From the NCBI GenBank assembly GCA_039000985.1, contig JAWBMD010000003.1, positions 1-64,000 of the forward strand: a stretch of 64,000 nt of DNA. The letters run 5' to 3'. A program made the position numbers and the translations under genes. Below, in pieces: positions 51,901 through 62,665 of this stretch. A model generated the notes under the pieces. The model was not told where the DNA came from. It worked only from the letters and a program-made list of their open reading frames with translations, and ran no database searches. Positions within the stretch are counted from its first letter, which is position 1; every line of letters starts with the position of its first letter. This DNA is from Candidatus Aenigmatarchaeota archaeon (GTDB taxonomy: Archaea > Aenigmatarchaeota > Aenigmatarchaeia > CG10238-14 > SpSt-28).

Positions 51901-52216
51901 CTGGTGGTCCCCATAGGATTAACGGATTTAACCCCTACCCTATGGGTACCGCTGCCCTCTCCCAGCCGCTAGACTAGCAGTATCTCCCCCAAGCTCACCA
52001 GTTTACTGGTGAATTTCAAGGGAGACTTACTAGTCCGGCTACGAACGCTTTAGGCCCAATATTCGTGCTCACCACTTGGGGCGCGGGTCTTACCGTGGCA
52101 GCTGGCACCCGTCTTGCCCACCCCTTATTCGCCCAACCGTTAACATTGGGCAAAAGCTCCTTACCAAAAGGTAAGAAGCACTCCGGCTACCCTCATCGGG
52201 CGTTAACCCATTGTGA

Positions 52217-52251
<35 letters not shown>

Positions 52252-52449
52252 CTCATGTCTCAGAGTCCATCTGGGGGCTCCCACTTCCATGGCCCCTACC
52301 CGTTATAGCCTTGTGGAGCTATTACCTCCACAACAAGCTGATAGGGGATAGTCTCATCCTCGAGCGGCTTCGAACGCCCCTTTGATATGGAGACATTCCA
52401 GTACTCCATATCTATGGGGTATTAGCCCCAGTTTCCCGGGATTATCCCC

Positions 52450-52482
52450 TTCGAGCCAAAAGTGATAGAAATCACTTATGGT
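52450..52482 (-). other. 16S hairpin intron near position 144 (33 nt)
   Basis: BHB CGAG/CUCG, stem CCAUAAGUGAU/AUCACUUUUGG. Confidence 0.85.
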
Positions 52483-52779
52483 CTCTCGAGGGTAGATTAA
52501 CTACCCATTACGCAGCAGTACGCCGAGGGCTTGCCCCTCACGGCTTGCATGGCTTAGTCGTAGCCGGATAGCAGTGAGCTCTGGTGGGATCAACCAGCAT
52601 CGAGAATGGCGGGAAATTCTCAATCTAGGTTTCATCAATTATAATCAACCCGTGTTCTTCTCGAACACGGAATCTAAGTGACCAAGGCGAAATTTACTTT
52701 TCATAAACATCTCTCAACGATTCTTCCAAGTTAGACACTCCTTGGTCAATAATATATATGGAAATTGGAATTTAAATAT

Positions 52780-53247
52780 CTATAAATTTATTTTACCTCC
52801 CCTTATATCTCTTATAATTTCTTTGGGATATTTTCCTTCAACTCTTATACCATTTAAAGATTGAGCAGTACCAAGTATAGAAATTACAGATTTTTCTAAT
52901 GGTAAATCTGGAAATTTTGCTTTTGCAATTTTTTTAATTTGCTCTAATGTTAAATTTGCTAAAACTTTGTTTTTGTCATCTACTTTAGCTACTTCTATTT
53001 TAGCTTCTTTTTTTATTAAACTTGATGCTGGTGGAATGCCCACTTCTATTCTATATTCTTTCGTTTTCTTATCAACAATTATTTTAACTGGAACTTGCAT
53101 ACCTTCATAATCTTTTGTTATCTCATTAATTTTTTGAAAGATTTCTCCAATATTAAGCTTTAACGCTGAAAACTTTGGAGCTGTTGTTGGACCTGGAGAT
53201 GCTTTTCCACCTTCTACCAAAATATTTATCTCTTCCTTTTCCTCCAT
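52780..53247 (-). CDS. rpl11: 50S ribosomal protein L11
   Basis: LVEGGKASPGP, GMQVPVKI, PPASSLIKKE, ILGTAQSL. Confidence 0.95.
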   Translation of the reverse strand: MEEKEEINILVEGGKASPGPTTAPKFSALKLNIGEIFQKINEITKDYEGMQVPVKIIVDKKTKEYRIEVGIPPASSLIKKEAKIEVAKVDDKNKVLANLTLEQIKKIAKAKFPDLPLEKSVISILGTAQSLNGIRVEGKYPKEIIRDIRGGKINL

Positions 53248-56200
53248 AAAATTAAAATTGAAATTATTAATATTTGAGCTATTCCAAAAATTCCATAATC
53301 TGAAAGAGAAACTTGAACATATTTTATTTTTACTCTTTCAAAAGCATAAACATTATTATTAGTTTTAAAAAGTGCTTTTACTTCTATTTCTGCGTCCGCA
53401 GAAAATGGTATGAATAATTGAGAAGTTATTTCATCAAATTCATTTGGTTTTAATTCTTTGCTAAAATTTTTTGATAACATTAACTCAACATTGCCACTAA
53501 CTTTCTTCCAACTTATATTTAAACTATCTAAAACAATTCCTTTGTTTATAACTTTTATCGGAAGCAAAATTTTTCCAATTGTTGATATAATGTCTTTTTG
53601 AACTATTAAATCTAAATCAAAAGGTCTGAATTTATATTCTGTTATATTATTTATTCTGCTATCCAAACCATCTTCTACTCTGCAAACTATTTTGTTATAA
53701 ATACTAATACACTTATTTCCAGAACATTCAACATCCAAGATAAAATAGGGATCGTAAATAGTACAAACACTACCTACTTTAGATGTACATGTTTGAGCAA
53801 GTGAGCAATCTTCATATTTAGGATTGCAATTAAGCCAGCATTGGAGTGTTGAATTCGAATAAAAATATTCGCCATTTATATAATCAAAGTATTTTATATC
53901 GGCATTTATAAATAGTTGGTTATCTTTCACATATAAACTAAAATCTTTAAATATTATGAGAGGTAGATAAACAACTACACTATAACTTGCTAATGGCTCA
54001 AAACCTTTACTATCTACACCAATATATCCTATTCTACAAGGATTACCCTCAATACTATTAGGACAAATATAATCTGGAGAATCACAAACAGCATTTATGT
54101 AATCTACATAAACATTATATTCTCCAATTTCATTAAAAGTATAGCTATTTGTAACTTGTTGACCACCAGATCTCCAATTCAAATCACAAGCCCATAAAAA
54201 GCCCGATGTTCTACTTTCATTTATTAAATACTCTCTATCTCGAGAATAAATATAAGAAGGAGGAGGACAACCAGCATAATTGTTATGTAATAATCCAACT
54301 GGAATTTTTCCTTTATATATCCAAACTAATGTTCCAGGGTAAACTTGTGCAGTTACTCCATTATTACATTCTTCTGTAACTGTTGATGAAATCTTAAAAC
54401 TTATACTTTCTCCCAATCTACAATAATATTTTCCATTTAAATATAAACAGTTGTTTAAAAATTCCAATGTTGGTTGTTCTCTTATGTGTCCACCATGAGA
54501 ACATGTAGCACTTGTGTCACATCGATTTAGTATAGAAAATGGTTTAACTAACTGAGAAAAATTTATTCCTTTTAAAGTATAGTTAACAATCAAATTATAA
54601 CTACCTTGCTGAACATTTCCACCAACATAAGCTTCGCAACAATGCCTATCAAAACACAACCATCCCTCTGTACCATAGTATAAATTACAGTTTTCATTTA
54701 GTATATAGGTCGAACTGTCATTCAAAAATATAGTTCCGTTTATAGATTTTTTGTCATCTTCATTTAAGCATTCTGAAAAATTGGCATATATTGGTATGGA
54801 GGAATATGGACAAGATGAGCTAAAATCTCCATAAATAACAAACTCTTTTACAGGTTTAAAAGGACAACCAGTATTTGGATCTATTAAATTATTATAAACA
54901 TTGCATAACCACGAGTTTGGTGTAGAGCATTTATCAATATTATTTGGAACACCATCCATATCAGAATCAAATAAACTATAAGAAAAATATGGTGTAGAGT
55001 TCCATTCTTCTATCAAATTTTTTGCATACCATTTATAAGTGAATGAGGTGACACCAAATCCTCGTTCAACAGATTTCCAATATATTCCATATGTATTATT
55101 ACCATCTATTGTATAATTTGACAAAATTCCTGTTATGTTTGTCTCTAAAATAACAGAACTAGCATTAATAAAACCAGTACCGTTAATAGAATCATTCCAG
55201 AAAATAGTAAAATTATATCTATTCCATCCTATTCTTTTTATTTCAGCATCATCCCAAATAGGGATAGAAAAAGAAAAAGATATTAAAAATAAAATCAATA
55301 ATAAAGGTAATGCTGGTTTCGAGATTTTCTTCATATATAATATTATTCCAAAAACAAAAGTTAAAATAATTATAACAATGAGAAGTATTGTTGAAAATGT
55401 ATTTAAATCTATTAAATTTTTTGAAAATTCAAATGTTTTAGCAAAGCCAGAAGAAAGATCTTTTAAAACGACAAATATTCTAAAGCTTTTTGTTGGAATT
55501 TTCAACAAATATTCTTTTGAAATAAATTCTTGTCTACTAAAAATTAAGTTATTATTGTTATCTTTAACATCTAAATAAATTGGTCTTTTTAGATAAGAAC
55601 TTGTTTGAATTTTCAAAACAACCTCTTCTTTATTCCAATCGACTAGTTGAATTAAGTAATCGTTTTCATACTGTGAAAAATCATAAAATAAACAATAATT
55701 TTCATACCCAATATCTGCACAAACGTAAAACTTGTTAATATTTTTATCTATTTTATCTTTAATTTCAATTATATTATAAAGAATGTTATCATTAGAGCTT
55801 AGCTTTTCTATAACTTTTTTCCATTCTTTAATTATATTTCTTTTTTCATCTAGCAATGAAATTTTTACATTTATATTAGTTATTACAGGTTTCGTGTAGT
55901 GATCTGGAGAGGTACCAATTTTAACAAATATTGAAAACTCATCATTCTTAACTAATGGTAATTTATCTATTAAAATTTTTCTTATTTTGGCTGTTTCTCC
56001 AAGAACAACAACTCTACTTCTATAAATAGAATAAATATTTCCAGCTTCATCAAAAACTCTTAATAAAATAGAATATGCATCTGGCTTTTTAGGAGCTCTA
56101 AAATTAAAATCTATAAAATTTGCTCCAGTTTTTAATTTAAATGGAATTTTGGTAGAGAATTCAGAAGTACCGGTTAATAAACAATTAACATCATCCCATT

Positions 56201-56813
56201 TACAAATTAAAACGTCAAGATAACCATTAAAGTCATTATTTGATTCAAAATAAATCTTTGCATTTATAATAGAATCAGGTTGAGCAGGAAATCCTATTGG
56301 CCCTTTGTAATTATTAAAACTAGTTTTCGTTCTTAGTATTTTTACTTTGGTTTTTTGAAATTCATTTTCAACAAAAAAACTTTTATATTTACCTGGGGAA
56401 AATATGTAATGAATACCTAAAGATGGAGCTATCGGGTCTGAAATATAAACATCAACTCTATAGTTACCTTTAGCTAAAATTATATATTTTTCTATCTTTT
56501 TAACTATTTTCCCATATGGAAGCAAAACTATATCATCAACAACAAATTCATCTATTATATTATCACAATCAGATAATTGAGAAGGATATGTTGGCTCACC
56601 ACAACCCTCTACTATATCTATAACAATTCTTTGATTTGTTAAAACAAAATTTTCTAGGTTTCTCAATTCTAAGTCAAAAGATAATTTATTTTCAAAATAA
56701 ACTAAACCAGTTATAGATACATCAACGCTATTAAACAAAGAAGCTACATCAGCAAATGAAAATGGGAATATTAAAAATAATGAAATTAATATTTTTCTTA
56801 CTTTCATTATCAT
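53226..56813 (-). CDS. large cell-surface protein, Cys-rich, apparent two-gene fusion
   Basis: N-terminal signal, internal TM plus second signal-like segment, DSDMDGVPNNIDKC Ca-binding-like repeat, C-terminal TM. Confidence 0.7.
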   Translation of the reverse strand: MIMKVRKILISLFLIFPFSFADVASLFNSVDVSITGLVYFENKLSFDLELRNLENFVLTNQRIVIDIVEGCGEPTYPSQLSDCDNIIDEFVVDDIVLLPYGKIVKKIEKYIILAKGNYRVDVYISDPIAPSLGIHYIFSPGKYKSFFVENEFQKTKVKILRTKTSFNNYKGPIGFPAQPDSIINAKIYFESNNDFNGYLDVLICKWDDVNCLLTGTSEFSTKIPFKLKTGANFIDFNFRAPKKPDAYSILLRVFDEAGNIYSIYRSRVVVLGETAKIRKILIDKLPLVKNDEFSIFVKIGTSPDHYTKPVITNINVKISLLDEKRNIIKEWKKVIEKLSSNDNILYNIIEIKDKIDKNINKFYVCADIGYENYCLFYDFSQYENDYLIQLVDWNKEEVVLKIQTSSYLKRPIYLDVKDNNNNLIFSRQEFISKEYLLKIPTKSFRIFVVLKDLSSGFAKTFEFSKNLIDLNTFSTILLIVIIILTFVFGIILYMKKISKPALPLLLILFLISFSFSIPIWDDAEIKRIGWNRYNFTIFWNDSINGTGFINASSVILETNITGILSNYTIDGNNTYGIYWKSVERGFGVTSFTYKWYAKNLIEEWNSTPYFSYSLFDSDMDGVPNNIDKCSTPNSWLCNVYNNLIDPNTGCPFKPVKEFVIYGDFSSSCPYSSIPIYANFSECLNEDDKKSINGTIFLNDSSTYILNENCNLYYGTEGWLCFDRHCCEAYVGGNVQQGSYNLIVNYTLKGINFSQLVKPFSILNRCDTSATCSHGGHIREQPTLEFLNNCLYLNGKYYCRLGESISFKISSTVTEECNNGVTAQVYPGTLVWIYKGKIPVGLLHNNYAGCPPPSYIYSRDREYLINESRTSGFLWACDLNWRSGGQQVTNSYTFNEIGEYNVYVDYINAVCDSPDYICPNSIEGNPCRIGYIGVDSKGFEPLASYSVVVYLPLIIFKDFSLYVKDNQLFINADIKYFDYINGEYFYSNSTLQCWLNCNPKYEDCSLAQTCTSKVGSVCTIYDPYFILDVECSGNKCISIYNKIVCRVEDGLDSRINNITEYKFRPFDLDLIVQKDIISTIGKILLPIKVINKGIVLDSLNISWKKVSGNVELMLSKNFSKELKPNEFDEITSQLFIPFSADAEIEVKALFKTNNNVYAFERVKIKYVQVSLSDYGIFGIAQILIISILILWRKRKR

Positions 56814-56894
56814 AAATAAATTATAAACCTATAGAAATAAATTAAGATAGCTCCCAAATTATTAATACTTTAAATAAATAATTTATAAAACTTT

Positions 56895-57476
56895 ATGGAA
56901 AGAAAAGAATTAATTGATCTAACATTAGCAATATTATTAGCTACTTTTATTTTTTCATTTCCTAATCTAAGAATAGAGAATTTTTTCAATTATTTAATAA
57001 TAGTTTTAATATCTTTTTTGCCACATGAGCTAGCTCATCGTTATTTAGCTAGAAAATTTGGTTATATAGCTTTTTTCCAAATTTGGCCACAGGGTATACT
57101 TATTGCACTTTTAACTTTAATAGCTAGTTATGGTTTAATAAAATTCATAGCTTTAGGGGCTGTTATGATATATCCAATATCTTTTAGAGGTGGATTTTTA
57201 ATTGAAAAAAGAATATCAATAAAGGAAAATGCACTAATTTCATTAGCAGGTCCTTTAGTTAATATAATTATTTGTATTTTATCGCTACTAATATATCTAG
57301 CAACAAAAATTAATCTTCTTTTATACATAGCTCAAGTAAATGCTTGGATAAGTGTTTTTAATCTTCTTCCTATTTTTCCATTAGATGGGAGCAAAATATT
57401 TGTTTATAGTTATAAAAAATGGATTTTAATATTTTTCTTTTCTTTTATGTTGCTTGTTTTAACCTATATAGGATAA
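56895..57476 (+). CDS. M50 family zinc metalloprotease
   Basis: HELAH, ISLAGP, FNLLPIFPLDG. Confidence 0.9.
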   Translation: MERKELIDLTLAILLATFIFSFPNLRIENFFNYLIIVLISFLPHELAHRYLARKFGYIAFFQIWPQGILIALLTLIASYGLIKFIALGAVMIYPISFRGGFLIEKRISIKENALISLAGPLVNIIICILSLLIYLATKINLLLYIAQVNAWISVFNLLPIFPLDGSKIFVYSYKKWILIFFFSFMLLVLTYIG

Positions 57477-58187
57477 AGTTTCCCTTTCCTCTTTTTTCTC
57501 TGTAGTAAAGCTTTTAATAAGTTTTCTATATTCTTTTCTTTGATTTTCAACTATTTTATCCAAATCTGACAAATCTATTTCTATATTAAGAAATTTTGAT
57601 AGAACTTCTAGTAATTTTCTACATCCGCCATAATCGTTTTCAAAAAATTTATATGTATCAACCAATATAAGAGATGACTTATAGCCATTTTTAACCGAAA
57701 AAGCGTAATTCAAACCATTGCAACCTATAATTGTTGAAAATTGTCTGTCATTTTTCAAATTAAGTTCTTTTAAACTTTTTTCAATTTCTGATGAATTTGT
57801 ATAAAAGTAAACTTCTGGATTTTCATTTAAAAAATCAATTATCATTGCTCCAAGAGAAATGAAATACTTTACTTTGAATTTTTTTGTGAAATTTATTAAT
57901 TCTTTTGAAAGTTTGTATTGAAAAAAAGATAAACTAGGTTGAAATTCTGAATATACAACAAAAATATTATTTTTGTTAAAAATTTTTACACATGGAAAAT
58001 CAACTTCTTTACCTTCTATTATTGAAAATGGTGGAAAATCAAAACTATATATTTTGGCGACTAATTCACCTTTTATTTTATCTGCAAGAATTTTAGATGC
58101 TAAAAGACCAACATTTCCTGTTCCGGCAAATCCACTAACAAATATAGATTCATCTTTTATTTCTGGTATTTTTATGATTTCTATCAT
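57459..58187 (-). CDS. PAC2-family proteasome assembly chaperone
   Basis: GFAGTGNVG, ISLGA, C-terminal YIG (HbYX-like). Confidence 0.85.
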   Translation of the reverse strand: MIEIIKIPEIKDESIFVSGFAGTGNVGLLASKILADKIKGELVAKIYSFDFPPFSIIEGKEVDFPCVKIFNKNNIFVVYSEFQPSLSFFQYKLSKELINFTKKFKVKYFISLGAMIIDFLNENPEVYFYTNSSEIEKSLKELNLKNDRQFSTIIGCNGLNYAFSVKNGYKSSLILVDTYKFFENDYGGCRKLLEVLSKFLNIEIDLSDLDKIVENQRKEYRKLIKSFTTEKKEERETLSYIG

Positions 58188-58196
58188 TTTTTAAAA

Positions 58197-58317
58197 GTGC
58201 TAGGGACTTCATGGATTTCCCGAGCAAAGATGCTCAGTACTCTCCATATCTCCGAGGAGCTTAACTTCTGTGTTCGGGATGGGAACAGGTGTTTCCTCCC
58301 CGATTTGGTCCCCAGCA
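58197..58317 (-). rRNA. rrf: 5S rRNA
   Basis: CCCATCCCGAACACAGAAGTTAAGC core; terminal helix GCTGGGGAC/GTCCCTAGC; about 120 nt. Confidence 0.93.
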
Positions 58318-58345
58318 TAATATTATTACATTTAAAATTATTTAT

Positions 58346-60121
58346 ATGAAATTATTAGTTATTATTACTATATTTTTACTTTCAATAACTATTTCATTTT
58401 CAACTACACCAAAATCTATTACAAGCTTAATAGCCGAGCTAACAATATCTGGCGAAATAGAAATAATTGGTAATATAAAGGAAATTTCAACTAAAGTATA
58501 CATACCACAAGAAGGAATTAAAAATATCAGTGTTTATCCAAATAGCTGGAAATTTACTAAAGATGATTTGAATAACACAATGATTGAAATAAGTTGGAAA
58601 AATCCTTCTAATACTGAAAAATATGAAATAAAAATAGTAATAGAGAATAAAGCAAAATTTTTTGAGAATTTAACAAAAGAAGAATGGTTTATAGATTTAG
58701 CAAAGAAAGAAACAAATTTAACAATTGCAAACGATGAAATAAGAAAGTTAGCTTATGGTAATGAAACTATATTGGAAAAAGCTATAAGATTGACAAAATG
58801 GATAGATGAAAACATAGAATATGATTGGGATGCTTTAGAAAAAAGTATTCTCACACAAAGATCTGCTATAGAAGTTTTAAAAGAAAGAAAAGGTGTATCT
58901 GGAGAAATGTCGAATTTTTTAGTAGCTGCTATGAGAACTCAAAATATACCAGCTAGAGTTGTATTTAGTTATACTTTAGAAGAAATTGAAGATACAATAG
59001 AGCAAAAGGTGGCTCATGGTTGGGCTGAAGTTTATATCGATGGAAAATGGGTACCATTTGATATAACTTTTTTGGAATCTGGTTATTTAGACGCTTCTCA
59101 TATAAAATTTGCTAATTTGTTGGAAAACAATGCTTATGAAAGAACTTCATATCTTGGAATTGGAGATGTTATTGTAAAAAGAAATCCTTTAAAAATTAAA
59201 GTAATAAACTATAGTGTAGCTAATTTTAGTTTAGTTTTAGATGTAAAGGAAGAAACAAAAGGTAATGAAGCCATTTTAGCTAAGGCTAAAACTTTTGGTC
59301 CTTGTAGGTTAGAAAAGTTAGAGCTTATTTCTTGCATCGATTCAAACAAAAAACCTTTATTAAAAATTTTAGATAATGTAAGGAAATTTTGGTTTTGTAA
59401 TGAGAAAGAAATAAACTTTTTAATTTTAATTCCACGTATAAAAGAAAATGAAATAATAAAATGTCCAATAACTTTAATTAACGAATATGGGTCAATAATT
59501 GAAAAGCATATAATAATTGATGGAAATTTTCCAAAGCTGGAGGAGGAGATAATAGAAGGACCAAGTCAAGCCTCAATACTTGAAAAAATAAAATTAAAAA
59601 CAAAATCAAGCGGAATATGGTTTTCACCAAATTTCACTTTAAGCAAATATGGTAATGAAATAGAATTACAATTAAATAAGCCTGGAAAATATAAGCTTTA
59701 TTTTTATTCAAATGGAAAATTTGGTGAAAAGGAAATAGAAATTTTAGATGTAAAAGAGTTTGAGTTTGTTAATATTGAATTACCAAAAAAAGTTGAATTT
59801 AAAAAGGCATTTAGCATTAATGTAACTATAAAAAATCTTTTGAACAAAACAAATAATGCAAAAATGAAAATTGAATTCCAAAACAAAGAAAAAATTTTTT
59901 ACATAACATTTAATCCGTTAGAAGAAAAATTATTAGCATTAAATTTAACAGCTGAAAAAGATGAAATTAGCAAAATAGTTTTATCGGTAGAGGGGAAAAC
60001 ATTAAATACTTATATAACTTTTGTTGAAGTTAGCAAGCAAATTAACATAATAGATATTTTGATTAAAATTCTTGAAAAGTTATTTTCTATTTTTATTATT
60101 CTACTTGGAGTAACAATATAA
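58346..60121 (+). CDS. secreted transglutaminase-like domain protein (catalytic Cys replaced by Ser)
   Basis: W...NIEYD, GVSGE, IPARVV, HGWAEVY, WVPFD; ATG 58346 used because the ORF-track start overlaps 5S. Confidence 0.8.
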   Translation: MKLLVIITIFLLSITISFSTTPKSITSLIAELTISGEIEIIGNIKEISTKVYIPQEGIKNISVYPNSWKFTKDDLNNTMIEISWKNPSNTEKYEIKIVIENKAKFFENLTKEEWFIDLAKKETNLTIANDEIRKLAYGNETILEKAIRLTKWIDENIEYDWDALEKSILTQRSAIEVLKERKGVSGEMSNFLVAAMRTQNIPARVVFSYTLEEIEDTIEQKVAHGWAEVYIDGKWVPFDITFLESGYLDASHIKFANLLENNAYERTSYLGIGDVIVKRNPLKIKVINYSVANFSLVLDVKEETKGNEAILAKAKTFGPCRLEKLELISCIDSNKKPLLKILDNVRKFWFCNEKEINFLILIPRIKENEIIKCPITLINEYGSIIEKHIIIDGNFPKLEEEIIEGPSQASILEKIKLKTKSSGIWFSPNFTLSKYGNEIELQLNKPGKYKLYFYSNGKFGEKEIEILDVKEFEFVNIELPKKVEFKKAFSINVTIKNLLNKTNNAKMKIEFQNKEKIFYITFNPLEEKLLALNLTAEKDEISKIVLSVEGKTLNTYITFVEVSKQINIIDILIKILEKLFSIFIILLGVTI

Positions 60122-60687
60122 TCAACTTTTGTATCAAATTCGTTATGTGGAACTTTATCAACAATTTGCAATTCGTGAACAGTTGTTGCTACTGTAATCT
60201 TACCAAATTTTTTTAAAAACATTTTTATTTCTTTATCACCATAGCCACCACCTTTACCTAATCTCCAACCTTCTTTATCAACTGCAACACAACCAGTAAC
60301 TATTAAATCTGGTTTTATTAGTTCAGTTAATCTTTTTCCATACTTAAAAGCACCAGAAATTTTAGAAGCTTTTTCTTCAATACCTTTAACATGATTTGGA
60401 TTAATTAGTAAAAAACCTTGCTTCAATTTTGGACTAGCCATTATCAAAATTTTTCCCTCCTTTAAAGCTAATTCTCTAACTTTTTGTTGAGCAAAATCTG
60501 GATTTGCAAATATTGTTTTAGCATTTTTCCATTCAGGTAAGCTTGTTAATAATTCCGCTGCTTTATCAGAACCTTCAAAATTAGGAATTCTATTTTTTAA
60601 TGGTAAGGGAAATCTTGATAATCCTTTTTCTTCTAATAGCTTCCAAATTTTTTCTCTTAACTTTCTTTTTTCATTTTGAATATTCAT
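60010..60687 (-). CDS. 5-formyltetrahydrofolate cyclo-ligase family protein
   Basis: RIPNFEG, VTGCVAVD..G.RLGKGGGYGD, TTVHELQ. Confidence 0.9.
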   Translation of the reverse strand: MNIQNEKRKLREKIWKLLEEKGLSRFPLPLKNRIPNFEGSDKAAELLTSLPEWKNAKTIFANPDFAQQKVRELALKEGKILIMASPKLKQGFLLINPNHVKGIEEKASKISGAFKYGKRLTELIKPDLIVTGCVAVDKEGWRLGKGGGYGDKEIKMFLKKFGKITVATTVHELQIVDKVPHNEFDTKVDYIVTPSRIIKIENNFSRILIKISIMLICLLTSTKVI

Positions 60688-61086
60688 TTAATCAATTAAC
60701 TCTTTTCTCTGTAAAAATTCAATTGTTTTAATTCCAGCTGGAGTTAATAGGAATTTATGAATATTTTTATAAGAAACTCATGCTTTATCAATTATTTCAC
60801 TACTTAATTTAACTTTATCTAGTAAAGTTATTCTATATAAAACCATTTGAATATTCTCCAATTTATCCAAGCTTTTATCAAAAGTTTTTGCTTTTATAAT
60901 TCCAAGTCTTTCTTTTATTTTTATTCTACTTGATAGCTCTTCCATTATTTCTCTCCTTAAAGCTTCTTCCAATGTTTCACCTTTTTCTATTTTTCCTCCT
61001 GGCAAAATAAAAAAATAAAAATTTTTCTTTCTTAGATACAAAACTTTTCTATTTTTAATTACAATGCCAGCAACTTTTTTAATCAT
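60688..61086 (-). pseudogene. NUDIX hydrolase with in-frame TGA at 60778-60780
   Basis: Nudix box GGKIEKGETLEEALRREIMEEL; frame continues past TGA to a TAA abutting the next ATG. Confidence 0.6.
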
Positions 61087-61103
61087 AAATTAATAATATA
61101 TTT

Positions 61104-61688
61104 ATGAAAGTTTTTGAAACAGATTTGAGCAAAACAAAATTTTACCATTATTATCCTTGCTTACCATGTGTTGTTGTAGTAAAGCATGGAGAAAAATTAA
61201 ATGGAATGAGTGTAGCATGGAATACTGGCTTATCTTTTGAACCGCCATTATTTGGAGTTTCTATTTCTCCAAAAAGATTTACATATTCTTTAATAAAAGA
61301 AGCTAAAGAATTTACTGCAAATTTTTTATCATTCAAAGATATAAAAATAATAGCTGGTTTTGGTAGAATAAGTGGAAGAAATATTGATAAGTTCAAAACT
61401 TTTAAAGCTGAAATAGAAAATTCAAAATTCATTTCAACACCAATACTAAAAAATGCTTATGCATCTTATGAATGTAAAGTTATTGATATTATAAAAACTG
61501 GCGATCACGATTTATTTGTTGGAAAAATTTTGGGAATACATTATGATGAAGAACTTTTTGAAAAAGAAACAAAAATTCCAAACATGGAAAAAATTCAGTT
61601 GGCACTATATCTGGGCGCTGATTTTTATATTAGTCCAACAAATTTCAAAAAAATAAAAATAGGAGAAAAAGAAGTTTTAGAGCTTTAA
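61104..61688 (+). CDS. flavin reductase (DIM6/NTAB) family protein
   Basis: NGMSVAW, GRISGRNIDKF, ECKV, GDHDLFVG. Confidence 0.92.
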   Translation: MKVFETDLSKTKFYHYYPCLPCVVVVKHGEKLNGMSVAWNTGLSFEPPLFGVSISPKRFTYSLIKEAKEFTANFLSFKDIKIIAGFGRISGRNIDKFKTFKAEIENSKFISTPILKNAYASYECKVIDIIKTGDHDLFVGKILGIHYDEELFEKETKIPNMEKIQLALYLGADFYISPTNFKKIKIGEKEVLEL

Positions 61689-61700
61689 AAATTTAAAAAA

Positions 61701-62306
61701 TCAAACACTAACTTTATATACAGATGGCAAAACTTCAATTATTTTCTTCTCATCCAAAAGCTCAGAAATTACTTTATCAATAAAAGAGAGTGGTATTTGA
61801 AATGAATCTATTATTTTTCCTATTTCTACACCATTCCCATCATCCATTTCTCTTATAAATTTAAATATTAGCTGTTTATAATCCGTTAAATCTTTTTTTG
61901 TTGAAAAATTTTTTAAAAACTCTATAGCTTCTTGTTTTCTTCTAGCTTCTGTTTTTATATCAACAACACCAACAGCTTCTCCAGCAATATAAATCTCTCC
62001 ATTATACTCTCTAACTTTTCCAATAACAGTAACAATACTACCAATTTCTAAATCTTTAATTAATTTAACGTTTTTATCAAAAAATTTTACTCTTATTGAT
62101 TCTGTCATATCATTAACAATTAAAAATCCATAGCTTTCATCTTCAGCAATATATTTATCCAACATCGTTCCAACTATGTTTACTCTAGATACTTTAATTT
62201 CTTGTGGAGTTATTACATATGCAGCTTTTTTATTTTCTCTATCTGCTTCTTTAAAAATTCCAGAAATTAAATCAACAACTCTAACTTTTTTAGCAACTTC
62301 TCTCAC
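61701..62306 (-). CDS. RPA32-like OB-fold plus winged-helix protein
   Basis: VSRVNIVG, VIGKVREYNGEIYI, C-terminal wHTH. Confidence 0.8.
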   Translation of the reverse strand: MREVAKKVRVVDLISGIFKEADRENKKAAYVITPQEIKVSRVNIVGTMLDKYIAEDESYGFLIVNDMTESIRVKFFDKNVKLIKDLEIGSIVTVIGKVREYNGEIYIAGEAVGVVDIKTEARRKQEAIEFLKNFSTKKDLTDYKQLIFKFIREMDDGNGVEIGKIIDSFQIPLSFIDKVISELLDEKKIIEVLPSVYKVSV

Positions 62307-62335
62307 TATTAAATTTTAAAAATTTAAATTATTTT

Positions 62336-62515
62336 ATGGGTGTTAGTACTCCAATGCTTATATTGATGTCATTAATAATTGGAATAATAATTCTTGTTTT
62401 AGCTGTTTTGTTTATGTACCAAACATCTGGTAGCTTAAAAAAAGCATTTGAAGAAATGATAGAAGGTGTTAAAAGTTTCATTAGAAGTTTGTTCAGGTTA
62501 ATATTTCCATTTTAA
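62336..62515 (+). CDS. small pilin-like membrane protein, 59 aa (not in ORF track)
   Basis: MGVSTPMLILMSLIIGIIILVLAVLF...; abuts next ATG. Confidence 0.65.
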   Translation: MGVSTPMLILMSLIIGIIILVLAVLFMYQTSGSLKKAFEEMIEGVKSFIRSLFRLIFPF

Positions 62516-62665
62516 ATGGTAGCAATAAAAACAATAATAGAATTTATTATAATAATTCTCGCTATTTTTATAGTTGTTTTTTTAATCATTACTAATTGGA
62601 ATACATTAGCTGATAGAATAATGAGCTGGATAGAGGTATTGGGTGGATTACTTAGAATAAGTTAA
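62516..62665 (+). CDS. small pilin-like membrane protein, 49 aa (not in ORF track)
   Basis: MVAIKTIIEFIIIILAIF...; TAATG coupling; N-terminus resembles 63552 ORF. Confidence 0.65.
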   Translation: MVAIKTIIEFIIIILAIFIVVFLIITNWNTLADRIMSWIEVLGGLLRIS

